The notes under the pieces were generated by a model. That model was given only the letters and a program-made list of their open reading frames with translations, was not told the DNA's origin and searched no databases. The position numbers were made by a program, and so were the translations under genes. Below, one piece after another: positions 60,074 to 64,000 of a stretch of DNA of 64,000 nt; the first letter of the stretch is position 1, and each line of letters begins with the position of its first letter. Source of the DNA: Chrysomallon squamiferum (Eukaryota; Animalia; Mollusca); contig CM022675.1 in assembly GCA_012295275.1 (NCBI GenBank), positions 17,236,001 to 17,300,000 on the forward strand, given 5' to 3'.

Positions 60074-60441
60074 TGTATGTATGTATGTATGTATGTATGG
60101 ATGGATGTGTGTGTGTTATTATTATTACTATTATTATTATTATTTTCTTTCTAAGAACCAGACAACATAACATTTGTCTTTTGATAATTAAAAATAAAGT
60201 TTAACCTTCATTCATTGTGTTGTCTAACACTGAATCTACTAAAACGTTTAAAATAAAATAAATAATTAAAATAATTTAGAAAATGTGTTTAAATCATGAT
60301 ATAAAGTTTAATGTTTTGTCACAGGGTAAAGGTACAGTTGTCACTTATTTTCTCGAAGGAAAGGACGGATTTGTGGATACGATACCAGCCAATGAAATTA
60401 ACACGTCCATTAACGAGCACAAACTGGGTATAACAAACTAA
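46872..60441 (+). CDS. Receptor guanylyl cyclase C (natriuretic-peptide-receptor-like), complete, ~1079 aa. Exons 46872-46905 (putative first coding exon; alternative start ATG 48362), 48351-48521, 49077-49214, 49494-49747, 50431-50530, 51207-51377, 51742-51851, 52259-52394, 52694-52802, 52998-53116, 53473-53554, 54008-54107, 54326-54538, 55210-55386, 55848-56010, 56312-56479, 56592-56769, 57201-57341, 57757-57880, 58159-58227, 58589-58763, 59339-59437, 59734-59825, 60325-60441.
   Basis: Exons sum to 3240 nt in one frame and are exon-for-exon colinear with rGC-B. Extracellular domain [27 protein letters not shown]; [28 protein letters not shown]; pseudokinase [14 protein letters not shown]; cyclase [48 protein letters not shown] at 60491. 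Confidence 0.95.
49819..49993 (-). pseudogene. Inverted, decayed copy of an rGC-B-like exon 12 (3' part, donor and 23 nt of intron) inside rGC-C intron 3
   Basis: The reverse complement ACTCCTGATCTTAAACAACTGGGATCATAAGGATCTAGCGACAAAAACATCGCCAACGCCAAATTGTCTGAACGAACAACGTT/ATTGTGCTCAAGTCTGTGACAAGAAATGAAATTCCAATAACCAAAGAAGTTATCATTGAAATAAACGCG|GTAAGTGAAGCCATGTTGTCGTG matches 36982-37178 with about 10 substitutions, an in-frame TAA and a ~22-nt deletion. Confidence 0.92.
50991..51245 (+). repeat. Tandem repeat of splice acceptor plus exon-5 start in rGC-C (homolog of the 1120-1420 array)
   Basis: ACGTATTTTCAG at AG 51044-45, 51105-06, a mutated CAA at 51160-61, and the functional AG at 51205-06. 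Spacings are 61, 55 and 45 bp. Confidence 0.9.
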
Positions 60442-61687
60442 ATATTCGCGCATTCGTATGTCTTAAAAGTGTTATTTGTGGTTTCACGATAATAAATGAA
60501 ACATTTCAAAAACAGACAATCTGGAAAAAAATATAAAACAATAAGAAGATATTTTATGCATAAATATCCTTAAGTGTATACCACTTAAAACAGATAAAAA
60601 CTGGTTGAGGCATTTCATTATTTCGAAATTTAGTGATGTCTTTCATTTGAATTTGGATATACTCTGTTTTTTTCTTATGACTAATTGTATATTTCTGAGT
60701 TTATGAGTGGTACTTCCAACAAAAAATCCATGCTTCTGTCTCCCGCTGTTCTTACAGACACGTACACAAACAACAGAACCGAAGTTTTTCATTATATTTG
60801 TTTGTAAGATTTCTATCCCATTTTAATGTTTTACTCACTTTGTATAATTAATTGTAGTTTTATCATACTTTGTTAGCATCAACACTTTTTACTGTGCCAT
60901 CATTAACAGAGTGGAAATTAGTTGAAGATAAAGTATGCAAGATACTTTAGTTCACAATACTTTAAATCAACTCTTATGTATTTCACTTAATGTCTACCCA
61001 CTCCAGTACTGTTTACACAAGACAGTTTTAATTATATGTGAGTGGGTGAGTATATAATTCGAATGACGTTTAATTCGAACAGTTCAAGTAATCGTCGGAT
61101 AAATGATATCTTATTTCTGTGCAATTTTATTTTCTCTTACTACAATTTGGAGCACCCTTTGTATGAATGTTCGACTGTTTCGTTAAATTATTTAACCACT
61201 ATTATCCTATATTAAACACTGTGATTTACTCGTTCTGACATTTTTAACTGCATTTTTTTTCTTCATTATTCAAACAAATCAAAACAAACAAACAAACAAA
61301 TTATATTTTTAAAATTATTATTATTATTATTATTATTATTATTGTTGTTTTTGTTGTTGTTGTTGTTGAGGCTGTTATTTTATGAAATAAATTACAAACG
61401 TAATATTGGTATTTACGAACGAATCGAAAACGGGCTATTGAATTATTTATTTTTGCATATGACAGGAAATCAAATAGTATATTACATAAATAAATAAACG
61501 ATCCACTGACCCGTCCCTTTAATCTTGTCTCTTTCCTTCCATTTCGTTAGTGTACGTATAAATTAAACTGTTTTGGTAAAATACCATGTACAATCGATCC
61601 TCCTCGGCGGCATCCTAAACTATTCTTCCGTTCCAAACAGTGTTTCACAACATTATTTTCACTGATCACTGCTTCATTTCTGAAAAT

Positions 61688-61828
61688 TTAACTTTCTTTT
61701 GTGTCAGTGTTTTTGTTTATTTGTCTAGAAATCCACGGGTCCCAGCCAATAGCAGTTTGATAAAGATACGGGTTTAATCTCCAATCAGCCGAGCAACCAA
61801 CACTGGGATACCCAGCGGCATAGCTAAA

Positions 61829-61910
<82 letters not shown>

Positions 61911-62388
61911 CTTTTTTATAAAAAAAAATTACTGTAAAATCGTAATAAAAGAATAAAAAATAGGTTAAGAAAATGTAATTTCATCCTATGTAAATTAATA
62001 AAAGAATGAATCAATGAATATAATTTATTATTTATAATTGATAAAAAAATAACAGACATACTCAGTACATTACAGATAAGATGTATAAAGGAAGCAGTAG
62101 TAGTAGTAGTAGTGGTAGTAGTAATAATAAAAATAATAAAGAAAATACATTACCGCATTTGCTGATCTAATTGCGCTTTTTCAATTCTCTTATCTTTCGC
62201 TCTCCTGTTCTGATACCAAATTTTAATTTGTGTTTCTGACAAGGTGAGCAGCTGAGCGAGCTCAACTCGCCGAGCTCTCGTCACGTACTCCGACTGGCTG
62301 TACTCCATTTCGAGGCGAATCGTCTGTTCACTACTGAATGTAGTTCGTTGTCTCCTGGCGCGCTGTTCTCGTCTTTTTCTTCTAGGAA
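61688..62388 (-). CDS. ro: Rough-type (ANTP class) homeobox transcription factor. Homeobox exon 62388-62154 and terminal exon 61823-61688; N-terminal exon(s) unresolved.
   Basis: [66 protein letters not shown] matches the rough signature ([15 protein letters not shown]...[30 protein letters not shown]). The phase-2 donor at 62153 joins the acceptor at 61825-61824 to give [44 protein letters not shown]. Confidence 0.88.
61849..61910. repeat. Perfect (AAT)n/(ATT)n palindrome with 31-bp arms in the last intron of rough
   Basis: An (AAT) run at 61831-61880 abuts a (TAT) run at 61881-61910; the centre lies between 61879 and 61880. Confidence 0.9.
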
Positions 62389-62662
62389 CTGATATAAAGT
62401 AATGAATTTGAATTCCATAGCTTTTCTTTTCCATCAAGGACAGATCAATAGATTTTTTACTGTTGTTTTCTTAATACAGTTCAACACAAAAATAGTTGAT
62501 TCTCTCTTGTTATTCTTTTGAATCATAACTTATTTCGGATTTGATGCAAAGAAAAACAAAACAAAATGTTTATATGCACAAAATTTATATAGACTTAGCT
62601 GACAGTTTCTTACAATTAATACTAAAATAACAATTTAAAAAGTCCAGAATAAATTATTTTGT

Positions 62663-62740
<78 letters not shown>

Positions 62741-63274
62741 TTTATAACAGTTGTTTACAGTTTCTATTTAATAGCATCTTTAGATCGCCTGTCAATTTCA
62801 GACTTCACCCTTCTCATTAATGTTCATTTGATTGGATCATATTGATGTTTGTGATGTTGCTTCAAACCGGAAATACTGTCCTCGCGATCTTCGTGATACC
62901 CGCAGTAGCAATCTACTTGGAAATTGATAGTCTGCATGAATTATCTATGAGCGTTTAATAAAACATACAAAGCGAGAAATGCTTTATTTTCCGTTTTATA
63001 GAGAGCCCGTGGTGATAAAAGAACCCTACAAATAAAATATATCACGCAACGAACTTAACGGTCGATAACATTCTGTTAATTCCGGCCTTTTTAATTCATC
63101 ACAAGTACATTTTAATCTTTTTTTTTTGTCGTAATTATTATTGTTATCATTATTACTACTACTACTACTACTATTAGTAACTGTAGTAGTAGGAGCAGTT
63201 ACAGTAGAGTAGTACTTATAGTAGTTGTTATTGTTGGTGCAGCAATAATAACAGTAGCAGTTATGTTTCAATTT

Positions 63275-63363
63275 TAGTATTAGTAGTAGCAGCTGTAGTT
63301 GTAGTAGCAGTAGCTGATGTTGTTGTTGTAGCAGTTGTTGTGTAGTATTAGTAGTAGTAGAAA

Positions 63364-63418
<55 letters not shown>

Positions 63419-63433
63419 TAGTAGTAGTAGTAG
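63275..63433. repeat. (TAG)n/(TTG)n low-complexity trinucleotide repeat
   Basis: Long compound trinucleotide run. Confidence 0.9.
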
Positions 63434-63915
63434 TATAATTGATTTTGCTATTACCTAGTTAATTAGTTACACATTTCATGTACCGGCCAGTCTGTGAATT
63501 TTTCTATTTCTTTGTTGCTAATCGAAAATGAAACTGACGTCCTATATATGTGCAAATTAAAAATGCGTTAAATAAAATATTTCTTGCTTTTTTCTTTTTT
63601 CTATCTTTTTACTATATTTTTAAAACTATATTTTGCAGATTAGAGATTCATTAATTATGTCCCATATTAATTTAAATATACATAAAATGACAGCTGCATA
63701 ATGATGATGATGATTTTAACCTAACAACAACAATAACAATAATAAATAAATAAAATTAAAGATCCCTTGCAATAAATGGAAAATAAAATTCGTCACATCT
63801 TGTCTAAATTGCGGAATTAAGAGAAAAAATAAATAAGCCTAGGTGCTGATAGCTTTATATAACAGATAAAATAGAAATTTACAACCAGTATGACACAGAG
63901 CCAAATGATTTCTTA

Positions 63916-63949
<34 letters not shown>

Positions 63950-64000
63950 CCTTAATCGCTCTCTCATGGCCATTTTTGGGGGTACGGTAACGCTGTTGAC

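Overview
AT-rich, microsatellite-dense, intron-rich animal genomic DNA. It is probably a mollusc: degenerate SINE-like fragments resemble, from memory and unverified, a peltospirid gastropod family. Gene order is: a minus-strand receptor guanylyl cyclase (rGC-A; five extracellular-domain exons in the window, the rest beyond the left edge), a 702-bp internally deleted hAT/Buster transposon with an 8-bp TSD, a complete plus-strand CDK5RAP3/C53 gene (12 coding exons), two complete tandem plus-strand NPR-type receptor guanylyl cyclases (rGC-B ~1064 aa, rGC-C ~1079 aa), and a convergent minus-strand rough-type homeobox gene. Exon boundaries were assigned by hand from GT-AG sites and frame continuity. 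The most unusual structures are: (1) a tandem array of duplicated splice acceptor plus exon start in front of exon 5 of both rGC-A and rGC-C, where every upstream acceptor in rGC-A leads to a TAA after 14 codons; (2) exon-sized near-identical tracts exchanged among otherwise diverged rGC paralogs, consistent with gene-conversion mosaics; (3) an inverted, decayed copy of an rGC-B-like exon inside an rGC-C intron; (4) a stray copy of a CDK5RAP3 exon/intron junction 7 kb upstream of its source; (5) CDK5RAP3-rough linkage, which may be ancient Hox-linked synteny. Most ORFs in the supplied track are microsatellite artefacts.
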